Source of the DNA: Candidatus Latescibacterota bacterium
GTDB taxonomy: Bacteria; Latescibacterota; UBA2968; GCA-2709665
NCBI GenBank assembly: GCA_965208835.1
Contig: OZ242358.1
Coordinates: forward strand, 2,432,001 to 2,496,000
Reading direction: 5' to 3'
Length of the DNA stretch: 64,000 nt
A program made the translations under genes and the position numbers. Positions 9,704 through 20,044 of this stretch are shown in pieces (position 1 is the stretch's first letter; each line of letters starts with the position of its first letter). The notes beneath the pieces were generated by a model. That model was not told where the DNA came from. It ran no database searches and saw nothing but the letters and a program-made list of their open reading frames with translations.

Positions 9704-10315
9704 ATGACAAAGCGTAAGCGAACATCAGTCCGGCCGCGCGTCATTCCACCGGCGCGGGCCGAAGACCGGATTCACCAGGTCCATGTCTATTACGGTTACG
9801 GAAAGGGCAAAACCACCAGTTGCATCGGGCTGGCCGTCCGTGCTGTCGGTGCCGGCAGGAAGGTGGACCTGGTACAGTTCGACAAGGGTTACGATGGAGA
9901 GACGGAGCACTACTCCGAACGCCACATCCTGAGGCAACTCGACCGGGTGAGGTTGCATCCGACCGGATGTGAACGCATGATGCCGGATGGGACGTTTCGA
10001 TTCGGCGCGGAGCCGCAGGACATTCAGGAAGCGCGGCGCGGACTCGAAATCGCCCGGATGCTGCTTCGGGAAGGCACTCAGGATCTGCTGATACTGGACG
10101 AGATTCTCGCTGCGACCGCCTACGGGCTGCTGGAGCGGGAGGACGTGACGGGTCTTCTGGATCTGTACGACGGGGACCGCCGGTGCGAACTGGTGCTGAC
10201 AGGTCACAAGGTGTGGGACGCGCTTGTCGAACGCGTCGATCTGGCGACGGAGATGCGCAAGGTCAAGCACTATTATGCCCGGGGGGTTCCCGCGCGGGAA
10301 GGAATCGAATTCTAG
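9704..10315 (+). CDS. cobO: Cob(I)alamin adenosyltransferase, CobO/BtuR family
   Basis: YYGYGKGKTT P-loop, VQFDKG, LILDEI, ELVLTG, KHYY..G..AREGIEF. Confidence 0.85.
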   Translation: MTKRKRTSVRPRVIPPARAEDRIHQVHVYYGYGKGKTTSCIGLAVRAVGAGRKVDLVQFDKGYDGETEHYSERHILRQLDRVRLHPTGCERMMPDGTFRFGAEPQDIQEARRGLEIARMLLREGTQDLLILDEILAATAYGLLEREDVTGLLDLYDGDRRCELVLTGHKVWDALVERVDLATEMRKVKHYYARGVPAREGIEF

Positions 10316-10351
10316 CAGCCCGTTGAAAGAGCCCATCCGGGCTACGGCCGG
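10313..10351 (-). repeat. Partial or decayed copy of MITE family 4, starting at the cobO stop codon
   Basis: TAGCAGCCCGTTGAAAGAGCCCATCCGGGCTACGGCCGG matches the reverse complement of the right end of 38624-38728. Confidence 0.55.
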
Positions 10352-10485
10352 TATTTCGTTTCGCCGGGGGGACCGGAAAAGTGTTTGTCTGGCCCTGACC
10401 GCAGGTTTATCTTGAAGTCATACCGTCCGATGTGTTGTGTTGCCAATAAAACAGACCCCCGGATCCACGTTCCAGAGGTCTGTTT

Positions 10486-12936
10486 TTGGTGTATCGCGGC
10501 TCGTACACGTACCCGAATGACTGGGGATGCCGGCCAATGCGGAACAAGAACCTGGTTCACACCGGTCAGGTGAAGATCATCGGAGCCGCCGCCCCCGACC
10601 TCGCGTGCCTCAGCGACGGCGACATCGAAACCGCGGTAAACTGGTCGTCGATGTCAGGAGAATGCGGGTTCGAAGTCCGGTTTGACGGCCCCGTGGTCTG
10701 CCGGATGGTGGTGCTGAGATGGAAGGCGATGCCCGCGGATTACGATGTCGCCATTCGCGGATCCCGTTCGTGGCAGGTTCTGGATTCGATACGTGACAAC
10801 GTGATTCTGGGCCCAAGGGTGAAGCTCCATCTGCTCGACGATGTGAGGACAGACGGGCTGCGCGTCCGGATTACGCGTCCCGTCAGGGAGGACCTGCACG
10901 GCAGAGAGGCGGATCCACGCGGGGTTGTCGCCCTGTACGGAGTGGAGGCGTACGCGGCGAACCGGGTTCCTGCATATATTCAGACGTTTCTCGATCGGGA
11001 AACGCCGAGGCTGGCGGCCATGCCGTACGATCTGTCGAAACGCAGCCACCGGACGCCGGACCCTTCACTGCTGGATGTCGAGGTCCCCACGTGGGAGCCC
11101 ATCCCGAAGCGTCTTTACAACGGGCAACCAACCGGGCGGGCGGTCAACGAAATGGATTCCGCGAGACGCACGGTGCTTCAGGGGTGCGCGGCCGCTTTTT
11201 CAATTACAGGCGATCGTCGGTATGCATTGAAGGCGCGGGATGTACTGCTGTCAAATCTGGACCATTACGACCGTTACCAGTCGTTCCGGTTTACCGGAAT
11301 CGACTGGAAAGCCGTCACCTTTCAGGATCCGGCATACAACCTCAGGGAGATGATGGAGTCGTACGACTTGCTCGTCGATTCACCACACCTTGAGTCTTGT
11401 GACCGCCTGCGTTTTCTGTTCTTTCTGCTGGATCTCGGTGAGTTCCAGTACCTGGCCATGCGGGACCGATTCGAGGCGCGGGAGAACTGGGCGTCGTGTT
11501 CGCTGGCGGAAATGGTCTTTCTGGCATACTATCTCGAGGGTTTTCCGGAGGTGGGCCGCTGGTTGAAGTTGGCGGATGAGCTGTATGGGTCCTGTTTCGA
11601 GCCCTTCCTGGATGACGGATACTGGTGGGAATGTTCGCCTTCGCACTCGGTCTATATGATCAGGGGAATGTGCAGGTACGCGCTGGGCAGACATCTGATT
11701 GGAGATGCGGTGTGGTCGAAGGCGTACAACGGCAAATCCCTGGAGGATGTGCTGGAGGCGCTGTGCAAGACCATGACGCCCTTCGGGGAAGTTCCATCCA
11801 TCAACGACTCCAACGGAAACGACGGCCATCTGCTGACAGACTTTCCGGAACTCCGGGTCCCGCTTTATCTGATCGGGCGAGGTGATCTGTTGCGGATGGC
11901 GGGGGATTCCGGGGTCGCGCCCGCACTGCAGGGCGAGGAGCTCGCGACCGTCCCGCAGGAGGACCCTCCCTATACCTCGGTACTGTTGCCGGACGCCGGA
12001 CTGGCGGTGATGCGGGACGGGTGGTCGAGAGACGACGCGTATCTGATTTTTGATTTCGGCCCGCACGGAGGCGGACACGGCCACCCCGACAAGCTGAGCT
12101 TCGTCATGTTCGCCAACGGGCACCACTGGATTCCGGATGCGTCGAATTCGCCGCATTACTCCATTTTTCCGGAACAGTACACCTGGCACAAACAGACGAT
12201 ATCGCACAATACCGTGCTGGCGAACAACACGAGCCAGAACGAATGCACCGGTCGGCTGGTATTCTGGCATACCGATGACGACGTCGATATGGTCTGTGCG
12301 TATCACGACGAAGGCTACGAGGGCCTCGTGCACCGCCGTACGATTGTTCATCCCAGGCGCGGATATTTCCTCATCCACGACGAGCTTCACGCCGAAGCCG
12401 ACGGATTCGACCTGGACTGGCTGTTGCACGTCTACGGCGACGTCGAGTCTCAGCCGGCTGGCAGCGTGTGTTTCCGGTGTGGTTGCGGGAACCAGGGTCT
12501 GCTGTGGTGTTCCGCGGATATCGGATCAACGCCCCTGCCCGTACACCGCGGCCTCTGCGGCGGGTTCCGAAAACAGGAATGGAAGGGCCGAGGATACCCG
12601 CCAAAAGGGGGGCCGGGCTGGGTCTACATTCCGTATTTCCGGCTGCCTGGCCGGATTGAGCCGGGAGGCGGGCGGGCCGGGTTTTTTTCGGTTCTCTATC
12701 CATTTACGGAAGACGTACCGGACGTGGCCGTCGAACGGGTCGACGACGGACGGGGTCGAGCGTCGGGAATCAGAATCGCCCACAATGGCGTGGAAGATGT
12801 GTATGCCGGCGCCGTTTCTGACTACGACGCCGCACGGGACGGTGATTTCAGCTGCGGCAACCTGACCGGTGGTGCGAAAGCCGTATTCACGCGGCGTTGC
12901 GGCGCGGAGACGGTCTATCGCAAGGAATGCAACTGA
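10486..12936 (+). CDS. Heparinase II/III-family polysaccharide lyase-like protein with an N-terminal discoidin/F5-8-like domain; start may be ATG 10537
   Basis: DG.WWE.SPSH, AGLAVMRDGW, GPHGGGHGHPDKLSF, HNTVL, HRRTI motifs of the alpha-barrel plus Hepar_II_III architecture. Confidence 0.75.
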   Translation: MVYRGSYTYPNDWGCRPMRNKNLVHTGQVKIIGAAAPDLACLSDGDIETAVNWSSMSGECGFEVRFDGPVVCRMVVLRWKAMPADYDVAIRGSRSWQVLDSIRDNVILGPRVKLHLLDDVRTDGLRVRITRPVREDLHGREADPRGVVALYGVEAYAANRVPAYIQTFLDRETPRLAAMPYDLSKRSHRTPDPSLLDVEVPTWEPIPKRLYNGQPTGRAVNEMDSARRTVLQGCAAAFSITGDRRYALKARDVLLSNLDHYDRYQSFRFTGIDWKAVTFQDPAYNLREMMESYDLLVDSPHLESCDRLRFLFFLLDLGEFQYLAMRDRFEARENWASCSLAEMVFLAYYLEGFPEVGRWLKLADELYGSCFEPFLDDGYWWECSPSHSVYMIRGMCRYALGRHLIGDAVWSKAYNGKSLEDVLEALCKTMTPFGEVPSINDSNGNDGHLLTDFPELRVPLYLIGRGDLLRMAGDSGVAPALQGEELATVPQEDPPYTSVLLPDAGLAVMRDGWSRDDAYLIFDFGPHGGGHGHPDKLSFVMFANGHHWIPDASNSPHYSIFPEQYTWHKQTISHNTVLANNTSQNECTGRLVFWHTDDDVDMVCAYHDEGYEGLVHRRTIVHPRRGYFLIHDELHAEADGFDLDWLLHVYGDVESQPAGSVCFRCGCGNQGLLWCSADIGSTPLPVHRGLCGGFRKQEWKGRGYPPKGGPGWVYIPYFRLPGRIEPGGGRAGFFSVLYPFTEDVPDVAVERVDDGRGRASGIRIAHNGVEDVYAGAVSDYDAARDGDFSCGNLTGGAKAVFTRRCGAETVYRKECN

Positions 12937-13044
12937 TCGCCGGCCGCGCACCGGGTTCCCCCGGATACCCGCGTCGGCTATGGAATACCGGAACCGGTGT
13001 TGTCGGCCTGCCGAATCCGTTTAACGGCGAGGGGGGTGTGCATA

Positions 13045-13836
13045 TTGAGCGATATTCACGTCTTTGGAGGACTGGACGGCCGCCAACGGTCGCGAAAGCC
13101 CCGGGATCTGGGGCTGACGATGGTCGTGGACTGGGGTCTTGGGTACGGGGCGCAGTCCGATCTGATTGAGACCGCGGCCCCCTTTCTCGATTTCGCGAAG
13201 GTGGCCGTCGGCATTTCGAGGCTGCTGACCGACGATGTGCTCAAAGCGAAAATCAGGCGTTACCTGGATCATGACATCGAACCGTTTCCGGGTGGGCAGT
13301 ACCTGGAGTACGCGCAGGTGCAGGGCGCGACCGACCTGTACTTTCCCGCCGTGGCGGAAGCGGGCTATCGTTGGGTCGAAGTGTCGGACAATCTGGCGGG
13401 GGTGACGCACGAATGGAAGTTGAAGATGATCCGGCAGGCGGTCACGCGGCATGGACTGACGGTGCTGGGCGAAGTGGGCCAGAAGGAAGGGTTGGATGCG
13501 GGAATCCCAATGGCGGACGATGTGATGGCATGCCTGGAAGCGGGGTCCCGGATCGTACTTCTGGAAGCGGCCGAACTGGTTGACGAGGATCCGGACAAGG
13601 CGCGGCAGGTCGAGCAGGCCGTGGAGGCGGCCGGTCTGGAGAACGTCATGTTCGAATTGCCGGGACCATGGATCCCGGGGGTGCATCCGCACGACGTTCA
13701 CCGGATGCGGCGGACCCTTGTAGACCGATACGGTCCGGACGTGAATCTGGGCAACGTGCTGCCGGATGACCTGATGACGCTGGAAGCCTATCGCCGGGGG
13801 CTGGGTGTCAACGCGGGACACCGGGAGGAGGAGTGA
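13045..13836 (+). CDS. comA: Phosphosulfolactate synthase (ComA family)
   Basis: RSRKPRDLGLTMVVDWG, DFAKV, VEVSD, EVGQK, FELP, GPDVNLGNV, LEAYRRGL. TTG start after a G-rich RBS. Confidence 0.85.
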   Translation: MSDIHVFGGLDGRQRSRKPRDLGLTMVVDWGLGYGAQSDLIETAAPFLDFAKVAVGISRLLTDDVLKAKIRRYLDHDIEPFPGGQYLEYAQVQGATDLYFPAVAEAGYRWVEVSDNLAGVTHEWKLKMIRQAVTRHGLTVLGEVGQKEGLDAGIPMADDVMACLEAGSRIVLLEAAELVDEDPDKARQVEQAVEAAGLENVMFELPGPWIPGVHPHDVHRMRRTLVDRYGPDVNLGNVLPDDLMTLEAYRRGLGVNAGHREEE

Positions 13837-13839
13837 TCG

Positions 13840-15030
13840 ATGAGACTCGTGGATGACGATGCCGGAATTGAGATCGACGACGAGTTTCCGTGCAGCAGCG
13901 CGGGCGAGATGCGTATCACCAACGGCGGCCGCTATGAAATCGGCTATCAGCCGGAGGAGATTCCACAGTGGTTTCAGGACCTGCTGGATGAGTTGTTCGA
14001 CGGGGCCGGTGTACCGAAAGAATACATGGCCCATGTGCGCGTGAGCAATTCGGGCGATGCCGCGAGGCGGGTAAAACTCCGGTTTCTGCTCAGCCGAAAG
14101 GGTTCCAATTATTTGTATCCGCCGTGGTGGGTGTGGCGGCAGGATACGGGCTGGGCCTGGCTGCCGCCGGAAGACGAGGACTATCACGAGCATGAGTATA
14201 TGGACGCGCACGTGGACATTGTTCCGGGCGAAGCCGTTCGCGTGGCCTCAGCGCCCTATGAAACGCCTGATACGGTGCTCGAGAAGGCGCGGCGGCTGGC
14301 GGAGCGTTCAGACATCTGGACCTTCCGGGAGATCGGGACGTCCGCGCAGGGGCGGCCCCTACCGGTCCTGGAGTCGCCGCCGCGCGAACTGAAACTCCTG
14401 GTGGACGCAACCATGCAGTCCTGCGAGCCTGTTTCCTGGGGTATCATGCACGTCGCCCACTGGTTGACCATCCCCACGGCGCGAGCGCAGCGGCTTCTGG
14501 ATCAAGTGCAGTTCTGCCTTATGCCGATGCTGAATCCGGATGGCGTCTACGTGGGCCACAGCGTGACCAACGCGGTCGGGGAGGTGCCCAAATTCGGGAT
14601 CAACAACCTCGTTGAAGGCAAGGGCGCCGCAAGGGAAACCGAGGCCCTCTGGAATTACCTGCTTGACATACGTCCGGATGCCTCGATCGAGGTACATGCC
14701 CACTATACCCGGGAGGGGTTCACCCGGAGTATCGGAATGCACGACAAGGATACCATGCCTCGGCATCTGCGGGAAAAAGGCGCCGTGGTCGAGGCGGCGA
14801 TCATGGAGAATTATCACGTTCAGCCTCTTGAAAACCGGCGTGTACTGATTGATCCCCGAGAGCCGGAACTCGACGTGTATGGAGACCGCAACGTCATCGA
14901 GCATGCGGGTACGGTCCGGACATTTCTTCAGGCCGTTCCCGACAGCATCGAGTCCCATGGCGCCGACGTGAGAGAAATGACGGAGACCATCGCGAACGCC
15001 CTGATCTCGTGGAAAGCGCAGCGCGCATAG
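13840..15030 (+). CDS. M14-family zinc carboxypeptidase-like hydrolase
   Basis: IGTSAQGRPL, PMLNPDG, ETEAL, IEVHAH. The first Zn motif is altered (QSCE instead of HxxE). Confidence 0.7.
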   Translation: MRLVDDDAGIEIDDEFPCSSAGEMRITNGGRYEIGYQPEEIPQWFQDLLDELFDGAGVPKEYMAHVRVSNSGDAARRVKLRFLLSRKGSNYLYPPWWVWRQDTGWAWLPPEDEDYHEHEYMDAHVDIVPGEAVRVASAPYETPDTVLEKARRLAERSDIWTFREIGTSAQGRPLPVLESPPRELKLLVDATMQSCEPVSWGIMHVAHWLTIPTARAQRLLDQVQFCLMPMLNPDGVYVGHSVTNAVGEVPKFGINNLVEGKGAARETEALWNYLLDIRPDASIEVHAHYTREGFTRSIGMHDKDTMPRHLREKGAVVEAAIMENYHVQPLENRRVLIDPREPELDVYGDRNVIEHAGTVRTFLQAVPDSIESHGADVREMTETIANALISWKAQRA

Positions 15031-15098
15031 CCAGCATGCAGGAGAACCGCACCGCACACATCGGGAGTCGGGCATCGGTTTATTATGAGGAGAGAAAA

Positions 15099-15890
15099 AT
15101 GAAAATTGGCGTGACGCAGATTATCCTTGGCCGGTATTCGCTGGACGAAACGCTGGAGCTGTGCCGGGCCGCGGGCTATGAGGCGCTGGAACTGGTGTTC
15201 AGCGAAGGCGGCGATCCCGATGTCAATATGAGCGACGACGAGATCCGGAGAGTGCGCGAAAAATGCGATGCCGCCGGCATCGAAATCGGCAGTTCGATCG
15301 CGCAATATGGGGATCGGGGGAACTTCCTCAGCCTGAATTCGGAAGACAGGGGACAGGGCGTCAGGTGTCTCGCAAGGTCCATAGAGATCGCACACGTTCT
15401 GGGGGTCGACGCGGTGCTGCTGCACCCGGGCCAGCTAACGGCCGAAGGAACCTATGAACAGGCCTGGGACCTGATGCTGGGCGCAATCAGGGATCTGGCG
15501 CCGATGGCCGAGGAGAAGGGCGTGTCCGTGGGCATCGAGAATGTATGGAACAAGTTCCTGTTGAGTCCGCGGGAAATGGCCGCGTTTGTGGATGCCGTGG
15601 GGAGCCCCCGCGTGGGAACCTATCTCGACACCGCGAATATGATGGCGTACGGTTTTCCGGAACACTGGATTCGGGGCCTCGGCAGCCGCATAGTACGGGT
15701 GCATTTCAAGGATTTCAGCCGCGGCGGGCACCAGTTCGTGGATCTGATGGACGGCGATACCGATTGGCCCGCGGTTATGGCCGACCTGCGCGCGGTCGGA
15801 TATGGTTCTCCGGTTGTTCATGAGGTCTCGGGAAGTCGCGAGGCGCAGATCGAGACGGCAAGGCGTATGAGGAAGATCGTGGCGCTGTAG
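15099..15890 (+). CDS. Sugar phosphate isomerase/epimerase (xylose isomerase-like TIM barrel)
   Basis: GIENVWNKFLLSP, YLDTAN, RVHFKDF, GDTDW. GAGGAG RBS. Confidence 0.85.
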   Translation: MKIGVTQIILGRYSLDETLELCRAAGYEALELVFSEGGDPDVNMSDDEIRRVREKCDAAGIEIGSSIAQYGDRGNFLSLNSEDRGQGVRCLARSIEIAHVLGVDAVLLHPGQLTAEGTYEQAWDLMLGAIRDLAPMAEEKGVSVGIENVWNKFLLSPREMAAFVDAVGSPRVGTYLDTANMMAYGFPEHWIRGLGSRIVRVHFKDFSRGGHQFVDLMDGDTDWPAVMADLRAVGYGSPVVHEVSGSREAQIETARRMRKIVAL

Positions 15891-15958
15891 TTCTGATGAT
15901 CGGTGCATCGGGAGCTGATTGAGGATCCCCTGTCTTGATGGTTGATCCGGGAGTGTCG

Positions 15959-17971
15959 ATGGCTGAACCGAACAGGATTTCCACGCGGGGTCTGGCCCGT
16001 CTGGCGAGAAACCCCGTGGACGTGGCCGTCGAAGACCGCGGAACGACGGTTCGGGCGCTGATTTTCGGGCTGTGCCTGTCCCTGGTCATCAGCGTTCTGG
16101 GAAATGTCGTACGGTATATACTCCATTCGTCGTTTATGGCATACAGCCATATGCCGATGGGGAACCTGATTGTCTGGCTGCTGTCGATTCTGGTCTGTGC
16201 GGCGCTGGCGAGGGGGTTCGGCAGAGCGTTCGTATTCTCGACCAGTGAGTGGATTACGATCTTTGCAATGGGGTTTATCGCGTCGCTCGGCCCGACCTAC
16301 GGCGTGAGCGGTTACCTTGTGGGTGTCATCGTGACACCCTATTATTTCGCCACGCCCGAGAACCGTTGGGCCGAATTCCTGCATCCGTACCTCCCGGAGT
16401 GGATGATCCCCACCAACAAAGACGGGGCGATGACCTGGTTCTACGACGGTCTGCCCCATGGCGCACCCATTCCGTGGGAAGCCTGGACGATGCCCCTGTT
16501 CTGGTGGTTTACGTTCGTCTGTGCAGTCGCGCTCGCCTGTCTGTGTGCGTCGGTAATCATCCACAGGCAGTGGTCGGAGAACGAAAAGATCGTCTTTCCG
16601 GCGATGGAGCCCATTGTGGAGATGGCGGCGAACGCAGGCAGGGGCAGAGGATGGCTCCCGGAGTTCATGTCCGGCAAGGCCTTCTGGACAGGTTTTGCAA
16701 TCGTCTTCTTTGTCTTCAGCTGGAATATTATCGGGTGGTTCAAACCCGGTTTTCCTGTCTTCCCCACGGCGAGGGGAACCTGGATTCCACTGGGAAGAGC
16801 GTTCCCGCCTCAGTGGATCTTCGTCAGTACGGTGGTCATCTGTTTCTCCTATTTTGCAAGCCTCGAAGTGTTGTTCAGTCTCTGGTTCTTCGACCTGGTA
16901 TTCATCTTCGAGGGTGGGTTTCTGAACCGGCTCGGGGTCGAGGCGATTTCACCTCACTATATGACGGGGCGATACGCGTGGCAGATCTACGGGGCATTTA
17001 TCGGCATTGCCGTCTGGTGGCTGCTGGTTTCCCGGACCCATCTCTGGCAGGCGTTTCACAAGGCGCTCCGCCCCGAAAGCAGTCCTATTGACGACCGGCG
17101 CGAACTGATATCCTATCGGGCGGCGTTTATCTGGCTGGGCATCTCGACGGCTTATGCCGTCGCGTGGTTGTGGCAGGCGGGTATGGACCTGAAGGTCATC
17201 TGCCTGCTGATTCCTACGATGTTATTGATTTACTTCGGGGTGGCGAAGATTCTTGCCGAAACCGGTCACATATACATCGGCTCGGCAACGAGGGCGTGGT
17301 CTCTGACAACGGCGGCGCTTGGCGGCGCAAGCGCCGTCCCGGCGGCCAACCACGCGCTCATGTACCCGGCGTCCGTTTCGCTCAATCATTTTCGGGCGTA
17401 TACGTTTTCGCTGGGGATGCATCTGAACCGGCTGGGAGATTTTCTTGCCGGGGGCCACAGGTGGTTTTTTGGAGGGGTTTTCGGCGCCTTCGTCGTGGGC
17501 GTCGTGGGGTCCACCCTGTTTACGATTTGGCTGGGATATACAATCGGCGGGTACAACTTCCAGCCCAACTGGCTGATCATCCGCGCGGGTGTGGGCGGAT
17601 ACCAGCGAGGTGTGAACGATATCCTCTCGCCGGAACCGTCGGAGGTGGAGGACTATTGGTTTTTTCTGGTCGGTTTTGTCGTCATGTTGGCGTTGAATCT
17701 GCTGCGATACCGATTCAGCTGGTGGCCCGTTCACCCGGTCGGATTCGCAATTTCAGGGGCCTGGCTCACCAGGCTGACGAGTTTTACGCTATTCCTGGCG
17801 TGGCTGGTGAAATTCATCCTGCTGAAGCTGGTTGGCGCCGCGTTCTACAGGAAATCGCGGCCGTTTTTCATCGGAGCGTTGACGGCATATATTCTGGTTA
17901 CCACGCTGGGATTGATCGTCGACGCGGTATTCTTTGGCAAACAGGGGCACACGCTGCATAAGTGGTATTAA
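15959..17971 (+). CDS. DUF6785/DUF6784-type polytopic membrane protein (putative transporter), copy 1
   Basis: Many hydrophobic segments. PYYFATPENRW, RQWSENEK..FP, WWPVHPVG, AWLVK, RPFFIG motifs. Confidence 0.75.
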   Translation: MAEPNRISTRGLARLARNPVDVAVEDRGTTVRALIFGLCLSLVISVLGNVVRYILHSSFMAYSHMPMGNLIVWLLSILVCAALARGFGRAFVFSTSEWITIFAMGFIASLGPTYGVSGYLVGVIVTPYYFATPENRWAEFLHPYLPEWMIPTNKDGAMTWFYDGLPHGAPIPWEAWTMPLFWWFTFVCAVALACLCASVIIHRQWSENEKIVFPAMEPIVEMAANAGRGRGWLPEFMSGKAFWTGFAIVFFVFSWNIIGWFKPGFPVFPTARGTWIPLGRAFPPQWIFVSTVVICFSYFASLEVLFSLWFFDLVFIFEGGFLNRLGVEAISPHYMTGRYAWQIYGAFIGIAVWWLLVSRTHLWQAFHKALRPESSPIDDRRELISYRAAFIWLGISTAYAVAWLWQAGMDLKVICLLIPTMLLIYFGVAKILAETGHIYIGSATRAWSLTTAALGGASAVPAANHALMYPASVSLNHFRAYTFSLGMHLNRLGDFLAGGHRWFFGGVFGAFVVGVVGSTLFTIWLGYTIGGYNFQPNWLIIRAGVGGYQRGVNDILSPEPSEVEDYWFFLVGFVVMLALNLLRYRFSWWPVHPVGFAISGAWLTRLTSFTLFLAWLVKFILLKLVGAAFYRKSRPFFIGALTAYILVTTLGLIVDAVFFGKQGHTLHKWY

Positions 17972-18040
17972 CGTCAGGGTTGTTCTGACGGGCCGCGAGG
18001 GTGGGCGACAACCTCTCTGGTCCATATCGGGGGCTGTTCG

Positions 18041-20044
18041 ATGCCTGAAAGCGGTGCGGCGGTTACGCAGGCCGCACAACCGGATAACGATACGTTCGCA
18101 GCAGCAGGCGACCGGCGCGTCACGCTTCGATCGATCGCATTCGGACTCTGTCTGGCGGTGGCGGTCAGCCTCCTGGCCAACACGGTACTCTATCTTGTTC
18201 ATGGCTCATTGATGGCCTACAGCCACATGCCCATGGGCAACCTGATTTTGACCATGCTGTCAATGGTCGTCTGTTCGGTACTGGCCTTTCGATTCGGAAG
18301 GCCCTTTGTGTTTTCGAGAACAGAGTGGCTTACCGTCTTCACCATGGGGTTCGTGAGTTCGCTTGGGCCCACGTATGGCGTGAGCGGATACCTGGTGGGC
18401 GTAATCGTCTCTCCGTACTATTTCGCCACGCCGGAAAACCGCTGGTCGGAGTTTTTGCATCCGTATCTTCCGGATTTTATCTTTCCCCAGAACAGGATGG
18501 GGGAGATGAGCTGGTTTTACAACGGATTGCCCCCCGACACGGCCGTGCCATGGGAAAGCTGGGCCGGGCCGCTTTTCTGGTGGTTCACGTTTATTGCGGC
18601 GGTGGCATTCGCCTGTTTTTGCGCGTCCATCATCATCCACCGCCAGTGGTCGGAATACGAAAAGCTCGTTTATCCGGCCATGGAGCCGATCGTGGAAATC
18701 GCAACCCAGGGAGGCTCCGGGAAGCGGTTGTTGCCGGAACTGATGCGGGGCCGGATGTTCTGGACAGGATTTTCAGTCAGCGCCTTCATCTACTGCTGGA
18801 ATATGATCGGCTGGTTTTTCCCGGCCTTTCCGAGTTTTCGCATGACGCCGGGTTGGTACCTTCCTCTGGCCAGGGACTTTCCCGCCCTTTGGATTTCATT
18901 CAACACGTTTGTGATCTGCTTTGCCTATTTCGCCAGTCTCGAAGTCCTGTTCAGTCTCTGGTTCTTTGACCTCTTCTTCGTGGTTGAATCGGGAATCCTG
19001 ACGCGGCTGGGAATGCCGTCCTGGCATTCCTACCGTTCTGCCGGACCGTATACGTGGCAGACCGCCGGCGCGTTCGTCTGTCTGGCCGTTTTCTGGGTGC
19101 TGATTTCGCGGCGTCATCTCAGGGATGCGTTTATGAAAGCGCTGAATCCACGCAGCGAACATATAGACGACAGCCGCGAACTCATTTCCTACCGTGCCGC
19201 GTTTCTGGGGCTGGGCATCGCCTGCTGTTACGCCATCGCCTGGCTGTGGAATGCCGGAATGGATACCGGCGTGATTGCGCTGACGATACCGACCATGTTT
19301 CTCGTCTACCTGGCGATGGGGAAGATTCTGGCGGATTCAGGGCTGGTTTTTCTGAGTTCGCCGACGTCGGCCCGGAGCCTTGTACAGGCTGCGTTCGGGG
19401 GGCCCAGGGGCATACCGGCGGCGACCCACGCCATATTCTACCCGACCGCGGTGGCATTGAGCCATTTCAAGGGAACCATATTCACATTCGGCATGCATGC
19501 CAACCGGCTGGGCGATTTCGTCACAGGCAACAAGAGACGGTTGTTCTGGTCCGTATGCGCCGCGTTTCTGGTGGGGCTGGTGGCGTCCACCCTGTACGTC
19601 GTCTGGCTCGGATACACGGTCGGCGGATACAATTTCGAGCCGAACTGGCTGGTGACGCGGGCCGGACACAGCGGTTTCCAGGGTGCGGTCAGCGACATCA
19701 TCTCTCCCAAACCGATGCAGTCCAGCGAGTATGTGTTCTTCATCGTCGGTGTGATCGCCATGGGGGTAATCACGTTCATGCGTTACCGGTTCACGTGGTG
19801 GCCGTTTCATCCCATCGGATTTGCGCTTTCCGGGTCCGCCCTTTCACACCTGACGGGATTTACGATTTTTCTGGCGTGGAGCCTGAAGGCGATTCTGCTG
19901 CGTTTTTTCGGCGCCGCGTTCTATCGGCGTTCGCGGCCGTTTTTCATCGGCCTCCTGATCGGGTACGTCTTTGCGATAGCGCTTGGACTCGTTCTGGACG
20001 CCGTCTGGTTCATGCCGCAGGGCCACAGAATCCATGTGTATTGA
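18041..20044 (+). CDS. DUF6785/DUF6784-type polytopic membrane protein, copy 2 (tandem paralog)
   Basis: Co-linear with copy 1: YSHMPMGNL, LGPTYGVSGYLVG, PYYFATPENRW, GGYNF.PNW. Confidence 0.75.
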   Translation: MPESGAAVTQAAQPDNDTFAAAGDRRVTLRSIAFGLCLAVAVSLLANTVLYLVHGSLMAYSHMPMGNLILTMLSMVVCSVLAFRFGRPFVFSRTEWLTVFTMGFVSSLGPTYGVSGYLVGVIVSPYYFATPENRWSEFLHPYLPDFIFPQNRMGEMSWFYNGLPPDTAVPWESWAGPLFWWFTFIAAVAFACFCASIIIHRQWSEYEKLVYPAMEPIVEIATQGGSGKRLLPELMRGRMFWTGFSVSAFIYCWNMIGWFFPAFPSFRMTPGWYLPLARDFPALWISFNTFVICFAYFASLEVLFSLWFFDLFFVVESGILTRLGMPSWHSYRSAGPYTWQTAGAFVCLAVFWVLISRRHLRDAFMKALNPRSEHIDDSRELISYRAAFLGLGIACCYAIAWLWNAGMDTGVIALTIPTMFLVYLAMGKILADSGLVFLSSPTSARSLVQAAFGGPRGIPAATHAIFYPTAVALSHFKGTIFTFGMHANRLGDFVTGNKRRLFWSVCAAFLVGLVASTLYVVWLGYTVGGYNFEPNWLVTRAGHSGFQGAVSDIISPKPMQSSEYVFFIVGVIAMGVITFMRYRFTWWPFHPIGFALSGSALSHLTGFTIFLAWSLKAILLRFFGAAFYRRSRPFFIGLLIGYVFAIALGLVLDAVWFMPQGHRIHVY

